This document shows positions 36,447 through 49,544 of a stretch of 64,000 nt of DNA, piece after piece. Position 1 is the first letter of the stretch; each line of letters starts with the position of its first letter. The notes beneath the pieces are model-generated. The model was not told where the DNA came from, did not search any database, and was given only the letters and a program-made list of their open reading frames with translations. A program made the position numbers and the translations under genes. Source of the stretch: Antedon mediterranea (taxonomy: Eukaryota; Animalia; Echinodermata); NCBI RefSeq assembly GCF_964355755.1, contig NC_092673.1, positions 30,129,648 through 30,193,647 of the forward strand, written 5' to 3'.

Positions 36447-37829
36447 AGATTGCTGAATTTGTTATGGCAGTTTAAGGCGAAATACGGCTCTACTCATAAT
36501 CAATTTTCGAGCATTTACCGTACTAACTAATATGTTACGTGTACATTTTAAAAATTCCCATGGTAGTTAAAAATATATAAACTTGCCCTTATATGGCTTT
36601 TTTCATTCAAAATACTAACATTTGAACATAGTAAACTTACTTAATAAATATGGTAAAAACACCTTATACTACAGCCTCTCTTTTGGAAACATTAATACAT
36701 CTACCTTATCATTAACAGCTTAGAAAAGAATTATAAAATCAGTATAATATATAATATTATGAATAGAACGTTTTGTTTGTACACTGCACTTTCATATGCA
36801 TGGTCAATCCATTTCGAACCCACTTACGATTTACATAATTATATCTCTATAAAATGTTTAATGTACATTTATTATATATATTATAATATATTCAGCTTGT
36901 CAATAAATCAAATAACCACAATATTGGTAATTGTTATGAAATATCTTTTGTACGCAAGCGTAAACTTTGTTAATGGCGTATCACCGGTCAAATTCTAAAA
37001 AAAAAAAGGAAACCCAAGTACCAATTTTAAACTTTACCAATAAACATACGTAAGAGAAACTAGAATTCAACATCCATATACCTCTTACTGCATAAACTGT
37101 AAACAAACATGTACTACTATCCCAGGGAGAATTGCAATTAAAAATAGAGACGACTGTTAGAAGGAGCCTATATATCATAAACCCAGACCACGAAACGACT
37201 AGTCATAGACTAATTGCAACGGTCCTATTTTAATATCTTCTAAACAGTCTAAGATATAGAATTAACAGTGGTTCCATAGCTCTAAACCAAAAAAAAACAT
37301 CCATTGTTTTTAAAACCTATATCTTGAGAATTCTCTAAGTAATCATTATTTTCCCCCATAGTGCCCCTTGCTTAGATCATGGCATCTGGTTAAAACAAGA
37401 AGTCATCGTAACAATTCAGTAACAGTTTTAACGAATCTTCAATTTCCCCAAGTGCCATATTCATTTTCAGACCAGCGTGGATCGGAAGTAATGGCAAATA
37501 GGCCTAACTAGCCTAGTTTGTGACGGCGTTTGCTCAATGTTTACAATATAGACATTATACTTATTTGAATTAATTACACAACCAAGATGTCCCATAATTA
37601 TATTTCACGAGAATGGCGACGATAATTAGTTACAAAAAAAAAAGAAAAACAACAAAAATGTCGTTGTCATTTGGTGTCTTTTTAAAATCTCATCGTTGTC
37701 CGTATGTATTTTAATGCTTTTGTCATGTACATTGTCCTGGTTGGCATTGTTATTTTGTTGTATCATTCATGTCATTAGGGTTTTTGGACACCAAGCAGAA
37801 GAATATTTTGCGCAAGACTAAAGTGTTAA

Positions 37830-38253
37830 GCTTGGTTTCCACTAGAACGTAACGCAAGGACGTAAACGCAACGCAAGCGTGTTGACAAGCAACAGTTCGA
37901 ATAATCTATCGCTTGTGATTGGTCAATTCACGTACGTTGCGTCCTTGTGTTGCGTCTCTAACGCTTGGTTCCCACTAGAACGTAACGCAAGCGTGTTGAC
38001 AAGCAACAGTTCGAATAATCTATCGCTTGTGATTGGTCAATTCACGTACGTTGCGTCCTTGTGTTGCGTCTCTAAAGCTTGGTTCCCACTAGAACGTAAC
38101 GCAAGGACGTAAACGCAACGCAAGCGTTTTAACCAATGACAAGCTTAGTTATAGACAGGTAGCAATCACAAGCGAATAAGCCATGGCTTGTAATTGGTCA
38201 ATTCACTTGCGTTGCGTTACGTCCTTGTGTTGCGTCGCTAGTGGGAACCACGC
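37830..38253. mobile_element. Cluster of tandem MITE family A copies (TIR GCTTGGTTCCCACTAG; Tourist/PIF-Harbinger-like)
   Basis: Three 5' termini and one 3' terminus (CTAGTGGGAACCACGC), with TAA/TTA flanks. Confidence 0.8.
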
Positions 38254-38436
38254 TTAACCAAGCATTACACTTATATTTCTATATCACCTGGACCCATCCT
38301 ACCCAGCAGAAATGTTTTTAAAATTGTCATTTGTATTGTCGTCGTTATATAATCCTTGTCACTGTAGTAGGTCTTTTCTATGGTATACACTTGTGCTGTT
38401 ATAGTGTTCGTTACGTCATTCACGTTGTACACATAA

Positions 38437-38601
38437 AGCTCAGTCTACACTATCGAACTTTATGCGACAAAAAAATGTGTGTGTGTGTCCATATTTGGAC
38501 ATTATGATGTCATATTGCTACCATATTTGGGCATATCACTAACATACTTAGGCACATCTCACTTTTTTTGTGAAACTAGTTTGATAGTGCAGACAGAGCT
38601 T
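38437..38601. mobile_element. MITE family B copy (PIF/Harbinger-like)
   Basis: TAA|AGCTCAGTCTACACTATCGAACT...AGTTTGATAGTGCAGACAGAGCT|TTA. Confidence 0.75.
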
Positions 38602-38811
38602 TACACTTCAGTAATGTCAAATGTCATTGTCAGTTTCGTCGTGTCATCTTCGTCATTGTAGCCCTCTCCAAAATGTTAAATCATGACGTAATTATCGTTT
38701 TGTCACAAAAAGTATGACAGTTCAAAACAAATAAATATTACACTAAAGTTTTTGTAAACAAACTACTATTTACCAGTTTTAAACTAGTTAACCCGTTAAC
38801 CAGTTAACTAG

Positions 38812-41800
38812 TTAAACTCTCGATGTGTGATTCATCTTTTTAGAATTTCTTGTATTATTAGCACGAACGCTATTATGATTAATATTATTTACACTGTGTC
38901 TCCTTCGCTTTGACGAAGAATGTCTATACGTTGATTTCAAATGCGCTTCATATTCATCGTCTATAAAACGGATGGGTTCGAATCTCTCCCACTCCTCTGG
39001 AATTTGAAAACCTCCAATATTTGCCGGCATTGATGGAGACTTTGGTTTTACCTTCTTTCTATGAATTGCTAAAGGTGTGAGCATCTCGCCAAACTCACCA
39101 TCAGCCCATAATGGAGTTTTCGAGTCTTTGAGGTCTTTGGATATAATGGCACAAGCATCTGACACACCAGATTGCACGGATTGTAGACTATCTGGTCTAC
39201 TTAAAGGCTTGATGACGTCTTGCATGGCATGGTAGAAACCGGTACCAATGACGCGATCATCAGAATTTGATCCTTCCCGTATCTGTGTCTCCATGTCCTT
39301 CATTCGAGAGTCCATCTCTGTTAAAGCTTCAAACATTTCATATTTGAAGCTTGAGATGTCTTCTTTTAATTGGTTGATCCATTGATCCTGGTTACCCTCG
39401 TCGTCATCGCGTTTCGCGTCGAAAATATAACGCGATACAAGTTTTCCTATAATTTCCTGTTGATTGAAAAATATTAAGATATCTGTTGTTGATGATTATA
39501 GTGATTACATAAATACAGTAGAATCCGTATTAAGGAGAAATTTTCGGGAGACAACCAAAGTGTCTTCGTAATAGGGGTGTCCTCCGCATAGAATGTCTCT
39601 TGAATAAGAAAGGGTCTCCCAGACAATGTTAAGCTGGCCCACAATTCAGTATCTAGGACATGTTTTGGAAGAGCTCCTAGTGGCTGTCTGAGTGGCGGTT
39701 TCTATATAGTTCGTTACTTGTTATAAAGTAGGCCCACAGTACGATATTGAGTCCCCGTTCGCCATTATAACATAACACACTAACAAGAAAATTACCGTAT
39801 GTTTTTGTTTTTAACCCTATTAAATTAATTATTTTACCTGATAAACTCGCTGCTTTTCCTCCATAAAAACTTTATTCCGTTCCTATTTAAAAGTAAAATA
39901 AAATAATTTTCGTCAATTGAATATAAAATTGCAATAACATAATCAACGTGTCTAAGAACGACAAACTAATAAGATATAATTTCGTTTTACTGCGACACTT
40001 ACAGGCTCCCGTATATTATACGCTAAAACAGGCCTATATAGAAACAATCCAGAATGTGAGTGTGTTGTGTGATTTATGAAGATGAATCCGGCCAGATGCC
40101 ATGCTAGAAAGGAATAACCATTTAAATAGCTTCATCATAAGCTTTGATATCTATCGTACATTACATTATCTGTTTATTATAAATTATGCAGTACCCATTT
40201 ACGTTGTCAATTATGGAGAAAGAATTTCTGTATATATAGTTAGAACAAGTCTGTATAAAAAAGTAATTTTTATTAATAGCATAATAATACAATTATTAGT
40301 AATATTGATAATTGAGAAGACAGAATATACAATTTCCTTCTCTTTCTTTCGTTTCGTGTTTAGCTTTTCGGCTATTTCTTTTGTGTCTCGATTTAACATA
40401 ATCAGTCACTGCTATAAACAGTGTTTTGTTCAAAATGCTGATTTATGATTTTAAAATCACGCGTAATACCGTTTTATTAAGTTGTATTACAGAATCAGTA
40501 AATAACCAAGTTTGTTCATACATCGAAATTGGATAAAAAAGATTGTGAAAAGAAAAATTAATTGAAAATAATGTCCAAAAAAGACGAGATAAAAATTGGT
40601 CAGCAAATTATATAACAATATTACAATTATTAGTGACACCGGAAAGGACTTTTTCGTTTGACGTGTGTGTTCAAATCACGATAAAAATGTTATGGCCTTT
40701 TGTACGCGCATGTCACAAATGTGATGATTAATAATTAATAATATACTATATCATAGTAAGTTTAAAGATTAGTTTAAAGCCCACATGGAATACTGAAGCG
40801 GCTTGTTTATAGCCCCACCTAACGCTCAAATTACTTTATAAGTTCAGACATGGGGGAATAAAAATTGAAAATTACTACGAATCTCTGACATCCTGTAAAT
40901 GCTCAATAATTCAAAACTCATTGAAGCGTCGAGGTTAGGGGGACCCCAGTGTGTACATCCTTTTAAATATAATCTCTCAGTTTTATATACAGATAACATG
41001 CCCGGCTAAATGAAACACACGTGATCCCCGTTGATATGGTAAATACAAAAAAATGTTTATTAAGCGTGGTTCCCACTAAAGCTTGATTCTCACTAGAACG
41101 CAACGCAAGGACGTAAGCCGCAACGCAAGCGAATTGACCAATCCAAGCGATGGATTATTCGAACTGTTCCTTGTGATTGGTCAATTCGCTTGTGGTACGG
41201 CTTACGTTCTTGCGTTGCGTTCTAGTGGGAATAAAGCTTAAAATGCAACGCTACGTAACGTAGAGACGTATCGACGCAAAGTGCGTAATCACAGGTAGGA
41301 ACTAACGATGCAAAAGTGCTGCAAACATCGTTACGGGAAATAATTTTTTTTTCAGATGGGAAATTAACTAAATTTACTTACCATTTTCTTTTTTCTTGCT
41401 TTTTGCATACATACTTTTTCTCTTATATAGTTGACAATATACCAACCCGTTTTAAGCGTTGGTATGACGTTGAAAGGTGGTGGTACCGTTCCTCTTCCTT
41501 CAAAATAACTCATCCAAAGTTTAGATCTAGAAAATTTCCATTGCATATCAGCATCTTCCTATAGAAATAATTATAATACATTTTAATTGTAATGCTGTAT
41601 TACAAATGTCTATAATTAGGTTGTTAAGCCGATTCGTTAAGTTAGCATCCGGTCGTCAAAAACGGGTTGTATATCTGAATGTTTGATTATCGCGGGTTTT
41701 AGAGCCTGCATTACATTTTCGACAACACTTTGTTTTTGATACAAAAATCCCAATAAATTCTTAAATTAAACAATGGTTTATGTTGTATCGCAATACTCTT

Positions 41801-44800
41801 TGATTAGGAACATGACGCGGTCTTCTACTATTTAATTTTAGAATAATTTTACTAACCGCAGCAGTAAAACTCAGTTACGTAAACCCATTTAGGTCACAAA
41901 GACCCCCAGTGGGTATAACCTCTTAACGTTATATTTACCAGAGTATCAACTATTGTTTTATTCTAATCTCTCTCTAACAAGGCCAACAGCCATTAAGTCG
42001 CGTGCTACAATGCATAGTGATACCGGACCGACAGACAAACAGACCGACAGACAGACAGACCGACAGACAGACGGACCGACCGACATAGTGAACTATACTG
42101 ACCGAAATTACTGAACATGTTTAAAAATGTTGAAATGTTTAAAAACATTTATATTTTTTTAATTTACACGTGCGTAGCCTGTCACTTTTGACGTGCTCGT
42201 ATAACGTAATTTCGAGTTGAAAAGTAAGTCAAGAAAACAGAAATCGGGCAAAAAGAGTGCGCAATAAATGGCAATTTTGTAAACGCTTAAAATTGCCTGA
42301 AACGTACTCTTATTTCATCGAAAATAAATTTTAAAAATTTTAGGCGCGCGTACGCATGCGTTACATGCGCTACGCACGTAATTGTATTGCCATATGATGA
42401 TTTATGCCCTGAAATTTATGAGTACCAAATTTTATTTAATTGTGATTCATGGTTGTTAAGATATGATTACAAACGTGATTTCGTTAAATCGTGCGTAGAC
42501 CGCGTAATTTTTTATTGCGCACCGTGAAATCATAACCACATCGATTCCTGGCCATAAGGAATATTCTGTGAAAAATTGATTTAGCTAGATTAAACTGATA
42601 TCAAGATAAGGTCATAAAGCGATAAAACGCATAGTGATACCGGACCGACAGACAGACAGACCGACAGACCGACAGACAGACCGACCGACCGACATAGTGA
42701 ACTATAGAGTCGCTTCCACGCGACTAAAAATGGGATAATAATTCATCAGTTACTTTACAAAATGTTTGTAAAGCATTTCTTGTCTTGTTTGATTGTTGGC
42801 AAGATAAAATTCATATTTGCAAGATAACTTCACGATTGTATTGCAAATAGATATATACCAACATACAATGCCTATTATTTCGATATAATTGATGACTTTG
42901 CAAAAACTGATTAACTCGAGTTATTTGTATCTTCAATATTGGCCGAAATATTAAAAAACACGCCCTCTGTGGTTCTCAGCAGTACTTCGCAGAGTTTCGA
43001 GTGAGAGCAGAGTGCTTTTTTTTATATTACTCTATTGAAGAAAATAAGTCTGTTTATGACCTTATATTTTAAAGTTCTGTTTGATTTATCATAAATATTT
43101 TTCTTTTATCTTGTTCATCCTGACAAAAATTGTGCGACAATAACTAAAAAACAAATTGAAAAGATGAAGACGACATACCTCAACACGTGTATACGTACTG
43201 CTCATCATAGCAATAAGTACATTTAAAAGAACAACAATGGCAATGATGTGATATGCAGCATACAGCAATGTCGCCACGCTTTCAGTAAACTCATGATTGA
43301 CATCTCGGTGCAGTCGCAGAATATCAACGTCAGGCAGTCCAAATAACGCCCAAAATAATGTTGCCATTGTATTTAATAACCTGTTTAAAAGAATTAACAA
43401 TCGTTATATAATCCAATGGCTGCAAACAACGAATATGAACATAGAGAGGTTCAACTCACATGTCTTGAAGAAAAAAAGATGGAAATAATAAAGGTGGGTT
43501 GTTTCTATGAAAGACAAAACAAAACTCACATGTCTTGTTAACCTCTCTTGTAAATACCTTTTTTGGGTGGTTTAAGGTTAAAGATTTATTGTCCCCAAAA
43601 CTTGAGATGAATATTGTAATTTTGTAGTTTTAATAAAATTATTCACTTCCACAGAAGCCAACGCCGCTTGTGCGTTGACCTGTACCATGTACCCATTTGT
43701 ACTCATGGGTAGAGAAAGGCAAACGTGTCCTTGCCTAAGGACACAAGCAATGCGACTTGAATTGGACTCGACTTTCGGATCTCGCGAACAGAAGTCCATC
43801 ACACTGCGCCACATGCTCTCAACACGCTCTTATACTAATTACTTACGTTTTAAATGGTGAAAAACATCCATCACTTCCGGAGCCAGAACAGGAAAGAAGA
43901 TCTTGATCTGAATAATACCAATATAATTGATACATTCCGATAGAGAAAGCAAACCAAACAAACGAAAAAATCAAAAGAAACTTCAGAATGTCTAACATCA
44001 TTCCTCCAAGAGAAATCTGCATAGGTCCTACATGTCGGTTCATTACCGTCAGACAAATTGGCCTCAGCAAGCTGAGAACCTTAGCGATTGCAAACAATGC
44101 TTCCGAGACAAGTATTGGATTAAACGCCTCCCACTTTGCTCTGCCTTCGGCCTGGATTTGCTTCGCTGTTTCTTTATTACCACCTTTATTTCTTCGACCA
44201 ATAGATGTTGACCCACCGGAAGATGTGTCACTAGTTGATAATGATTTGACGCTTTCTGAAAGTTCATCTATCTTTTCATCTAGAGTCTTTAACATTACGT
44301 CCATTTCATAAAGACTGCTGTTGACACCTCGGTTGAATTCTGACTGATCATTTTTAAGACTCTCCACTTGCTTGTTTAAATCATCAATCTTGTCTTGAAT
44401 AACCTCTAGTGGATTGTCCGTCATGTATGGAGTCGTCAAAGTGGTTCCTCCGCTACTCGTGTAATCAAAATCATCTGTTGTCCCAAGAAAAGAAGCTGTG
44501 GCTGTATCTGTCACTATTGTAGCATTCGTTGGAATTATAATGTCTTCAGTATTCTAAAGTACAGTTGAAATAATTAAATTTAGTATCCATTTGCGCAAAT
44601 AACATAACTCGTCCTGGTGACGAGTTAATTTCTAGACATACTAAAGTATACAATTTGAATAATCATATTTAGTATCCATTTGCGCAGATAACACAACTCG
44701 TCCTGGTGACGAGTTAATTTCTAGACATACTAAAGTATACAATTTGAATAATCCTATTTAGTATCCACTTGCGCAGATAACACAACTCGTCCTGGTGACG

Positions 44801-47800
44801 AGTTAATTTCTAGACATACTAAAGTATACAATTTGAATAATCATATTTAGTATCCACTTGCGCAGATAACACAACTCGTCCTGGTGACGAGTTAATTTCT
44901 AGACATACTAAAGTATACAATTTGAATAATCATATTTAGTATCCACTTGCGCAGACAACACAACTCGTCCTGGTGACGAGTTAATTTCTAGACATACTAA
45001 AGTATACAATTTGAATAATCATATTTAGTATCCACTTGCGCAGACAACACAACTCGTCCTGGTGACGAGTTAATTTCTAGACATACTAAAGTATACAATT
45101 TGAATAATCATATTTAGTATCCACTTGCGCAGACAACACAACTCGTCCTGGTGACGAGTTAATTTCTAGACATACTAAAGTATACAATTTGAATAATCAT
45201 ATTTAGTATCCACTTGCGCAGACAACACAACTCGTCCTGGTGACGAGTTAATTTCTAGACATACTAAAGTATACCATTTGAATAATCATATTTAGTATCC
45301 ACTTGCGCAGACAACACAACTCGTCCTGGTGACGAGTTAATTTCTAGACATACTAAAGTATACAATTTGAATAATCATATTTAGTATCCATTTGCGCAGA
45401 TAACACAACTCGTCCTGGTGACGAGTTAATTTCTAGACATACTAAAGTATACCATTTGAATAATCATATTTAGTATCCACTTGCGCAGACAACACAACTC
45501 GTCCTGGTGAATTCTAGACTAAGTATACAATTTTAAATAATCATATTTATAGTATCCATTTCCGCAGATAACACAACTCGTCCTGGTGACGAGTTAAATT
45601 CTAGACACATTAAACTATCTTTGTTTAGATTAATTCAAATTTAATAATAATTATATTTTGGTTAAAAATAATCAACAACACATAATACATATTTATTTTC
45701 ACATACTACTCTGTCACATTCTTATCTAAAAAGTTAGCATTTGTTATTAAGAAAGTTTGTAATTTATGTTGTTAGCTTTGTCATGATTGCAAATTTAAAT
45801 TCAACATGCTGCTAGATGGAACGTATTATTATAAGGTAATAACAAACATCATGTTTATGGTTCGTTCGTTCCTTCGTAAAATAGACCGTTTGAATGATAT
45901 TTTATATAAGATATGTTCCACTGTACAAACATTAGCATAAACGAGACTGTAATTTTTATGTACATTATTTTTATTTTTTCCATCAATTTATAACTATGGT
46001 TTTACCTGAAAATGAATAACAACACGTAAAACGATTGCTCCCCAGTAGAGTGATAACATGACGAAATCCATAAGATTCCAACGGTCCTTCGTATAACGTA
46101 GACCATAGTACCAAATTTCTTTAATTTCGACCCATGTCAAACCTATCAAAAAATAAAACAGGTACAGAAAGTTAGATTAATATATGAAAAGGTTGTATGG
46201 AACGCTAGTGGTGTAAAAACTAGAGGCATTCTATATTGGTTACAAAATTGTGTAAGTTACTTTATTGGGTCGAAGTGTCTTCTTAATAGGAGTTTTAATG
46301 TAGGCTACTACTGTCTACTTACCTATTACCCAGGCGACAATACACCATTCCCACAATGTTGGCGTCGGAGTCATTTCGTCCACCTGGTCATTATTTGGCA
46401 TCGATTGCATTCCGAGTAAGAGCAAAAAAAGTACATTTGATGACGAGTGACAAACAAACTGAACATAAGGAACTCGCATAAAACTTCTAATTTGACCATA
46501 CGGATAAATAGCATAAGCGGTACAAAGGACAGGGAAGAACAGAGCTATTAATACTGTAAATGCGAGAGAAGCAGACCAATGGTAGTCGAACCAGGCTGGT
46601 AAATCTTCGTACCAAATTTGTGTAAGACATTGCTGACAATGAGGATGAGCAACGAACTGCAAAACGAAGAAAAATGCTGTTAAAATACATTAAAATAAAA
46701 GAAAACATTGATAATTGCATCTATCTGTCGTGACTTTATAAACCAGCAATATATAGTATAGCAATATGTTGTTATTGGTTCGACTTCCAGAATTCACTCT
46801 ATTATTCGATTGAGACAGATTTGTTCGACTCGAGTATGTCTACCGTAGTATGTATAGCTTAGGTAGGCATATTACTTGGTGAATGTATCATTTTGTAGTT
46901 CTTAACGAAGCTTGGATCTGGTGCAGGCGAATTGTCAGAGCCAAAATTGGCAAAAACGTATGTAAAATTTAAAGAAGAACTAACGAAAACAAGGGTAGGC
47001 CTACATTAAAAATATCTAAACCGGTTTCAGATATTGCACTTTGGAGTATATTAGCATTGTTCCATTAACCCTATCTATTAAAAATAATAGTCCTACTACT
47101 TATGTTTTTATTTAGTTCACAAAGTTTAGTTCTGATATTATAATTGAATACAATCAAATATTCAATGTGAAACGAAAAGACAAAATAGTATTAGCTAATA
47201 TTAATAGCTACATATTGCAGTATATTTTGTCTGCACGTTAACCGTTCCTCGGTAAGTGCTAGTCACAGTAATGAATCATGAGGCAAGCTATTACATTGAC
47301 AATGTTGTAAATAGTTTCCTATGTTTATGTGACAATCAGTCTGTTAGGTATAATCAATGCATAATGACATTCCAGCAATAACGAGATACAGTAAACTATT
47401 ATAGTGAAATACGTAACGGAATAACAAAATATCGCGTGCGTTTATGCAGTTTACAGGCCTATGCAATAGTGCAATACAGTAATGCAACGCAGTAGAACCT
47501 TCATATTAAACTATTCATCGAGGATAACCCAGAGGACACTTTGTTGGACTTTAAAGTTTATTATTATCTGTGGCTGTTGCTTAAGCTTGGTTCCCACTAG
47601 CGACGCAACGTAACGCAACCTACGCAACGTAAGAAAATGCCCTTCCAATAAATTGTGTTTGTCACCGCCTGCGTGAAATCGAACCTGCGATTTTTTGCAG
47701 AACTATTGCGTCGTCGGTTCATAAAGCGTGGTTCCCACTAGCGACGCAACACAAGGACGTAACGCAACGCAAGTGAATTGACCAATCACAAGCGGTGGCT

Positions 47801-49544
47801 TATTCGCTTGTGATTGCTAACTGTCTATAACTTCGCTTGTCATTGGTTAAAACGCTTGCGTTGCGTTTACGTCCTTGCGTTACGTTCTAGTGGGAACCAA
47901 GCTTTACTCTTGCGTGCATTGCGTTCTAGTGGGAACCACGCTTTATGTATTGTTTACGCAATCTCTTACCTTTCTTTGTTCAAAGTTAATAGCTATTTTT
48001 ACTTTATATGGGGCAACTGAATTGGTCATGTCCTCGAGTTCTTCGCCCCAAGGGTCATGATTCAAAATACATTTCTGTTCTTTAGAGTCCCGAATATGTC
48101 CTAAAATATCGGCAGCAAACTGTTCACATTTTTCCGCTAGGTCACGGAACTCGGCGGAGAATTCATGATTCTTCTCCGATAGTTTCCGAAGTTGGACACA
48201 CCTCTCGAAAGCTGTGTTGATTGGATCTGAGCTAGTTAATGAAATATAAGCAGGACTAGCAAGTCCTTTATAGATATTCAACGTCCCAAGGCAATTTTGT
48301 AATGTGTTGACTTCTGTGTGGAATGCATAATCTTCCGGGTCATCAATACGAACACCGTATTCTAGAAGATTTCGTATGATGTCATAGTTGTTATGATGCG
48401 CAGCTAGTACTATTGGAGTGACGTCTGGATGGAAGTCGCCATTTAGTGCCCGACAATTGAGGTATTCCTACAAACATAAATCAGAAAAAAAAAGAAATTA
48501 TTCAACATCGATACATAAGCAAGAAAAAAACATCGTATAACTATTATCAACATTCTATCAATATTACTATCAACATTACTATCAATATTATTATCAACAT
48601 TACTATCAATATTATTATCAACATTACTATCAACATTACTATCAATATTATTATCAATATTACTATCAATATTATTATCAACATTACTATCAACATTACT
48701 ATCAACATTACTATCAACATTACTATCAACATTACTATCAATATTATTATCAACATTCTAACAACATTACTCTCAATATTATTATCAACATTACTTTCAA
48801 TATTATTATCAACATTCTAACAATGACTGTAATAACACAATTATTGAAATTAACATTCTATTTTTATTAATGCTGCAGTTTGTTCTATGTTGAAAAGGCA
48901 ATGCAATTTTATCATCATCAATATTATCAACATTCTCATTAACATAATCAATATTATTAACATTATCTTTATCACCATTACTATCAACATTCTCATTATC
49001 AATATTATCAACATTCTCCTTATCACTATTACTATCAACATTCCCATTAACATAATCAATATTATCAACATTATCTTTATCAATATTGCTTACATTCTTA
49101 TCATTATTCACATAATGATTTTGTATCAACATTGTAATCCCATTGTTGTTATTATCAACATAATTAACAATTGTTATCATTATCACCACGAACATTTTCA
49201 TCAATATTGTTATCAACATTTTCGTAATCAAATCAACAATATAATATAGTTGTTGAGCATCAATATCATACCCCCCCCCCCACCCGCCAAAATCTTTTTC
49301 TCATTATTGTCATTATCTATCAACATTTTCATCATTCTTGACATTATTCTTAAAACGATTCCTCAATCTTGTTATCAACATTTTCGTAATCAAACAATAC
49401 AATAATTGATAACATTTACCGGTAAATTCTTTCTCTTGATATGTTCGCATATAAGCTGTACGCCTAGAGTAAACTGCTCGTCCACTGATCGTAGCAAGGA
49501 ATCCCCCAACTGGATACCGTGTTCCAAAAGCACTTTGATGATAT
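38812..49544 (-). CDS. TRPC: TRPC-family (canonical transient receptor potential) cation channel; 5'-incomplete
   Basis: Exons 49544-49420 (ankyrin: IIKVLLEHGIQLGDSLL), 48467-47970 (DVTPIVLAAHHNNYDII...LNIYKGLASPAYISL..DPI..AF), 46656-46323 (FVAHPHCQQCL..IWY), 46142-46006 (WNLMDF), 44553-43847 (GPMQISLGGMMLDILKF), 43380-43179 (LFWALFG...LLNVLIAMMS), 41558-41382 (TRP box QWKFSRSKLW, PPPFNVIP), 39882-39838 and 39456-38812 (DISSFKYEM...stop). All are GT-AG and phase-consistent. Confidence 0.95.
41063..41238. mobile_element. MITE family A copy
   Basis: GCGTGGTTCCCACTA / GCTTGATTCTCACTAG...CTAGTGGGAATAAAGC. Confidence 0.75.
41976..42730 (-). mobile_element. Helentron-associated (DINE-1/HINE-like) element with (GTCG/GTCT)n microsatellite
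   Basis: The minus strand begins TTTTTAGTCGCGTGGAAGCGACT (stem-loop), followed by tetranucleotide microsatellites, and ends CACGCGACT..GGCTGTTGGCC-TTGTT. The interior matches 22405-22940 in reverse complement. Confidence 0.75.
43680..43820 (-). mobile_element. Degenerate tRNA-derived (CORE-like) SINE fragment
   Basis: Minus strand TGGCGCAGTG...TGTGTCCTTAGGCAAGGACAC...CTCTACCCATGAGTACAAATGGGTAC. Confidence 0.5.
44578..45606. repeat. 89-bp tandem repeat, about 11.5 copies, containing a Helitron-like 3' hairpin plus CTAG
   Basis: Unit TTTAGTATCCACTTGCGCAGATAACACAACTCGTCCTGGTGACGAGTTAATTTCTAGACATACTAAAGTATACAATTTGAATAATCATA. Confidence 0.95.
47585..47941. mobile_element. Nested MITE family A copies
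   Basis: Two 5' and two 3' termini; the inner copy 47726-47902 is the near reverse complement of 38077-38253. Confidence 0.8.
48543..49225. repeat. 12-bp (TATCAACATTAC/TATCAATATTAT) and degenerate ATC/ATT low-complexity repeat
   Basis: Directly visible. Confidence 0.85.

Noticed and set aside
44578-45606. CRISPR-like array (palindromic repeats at regular spacing)
   Set aside because: Intervening sequences are identical rather than unique spacers, there are no cas genes, and the context is a eukaryotic intron.
48547-49249. Ile/Asn-rich ORFs
   Set aside because: Low-complexity intronic repeats between TRPC exons.
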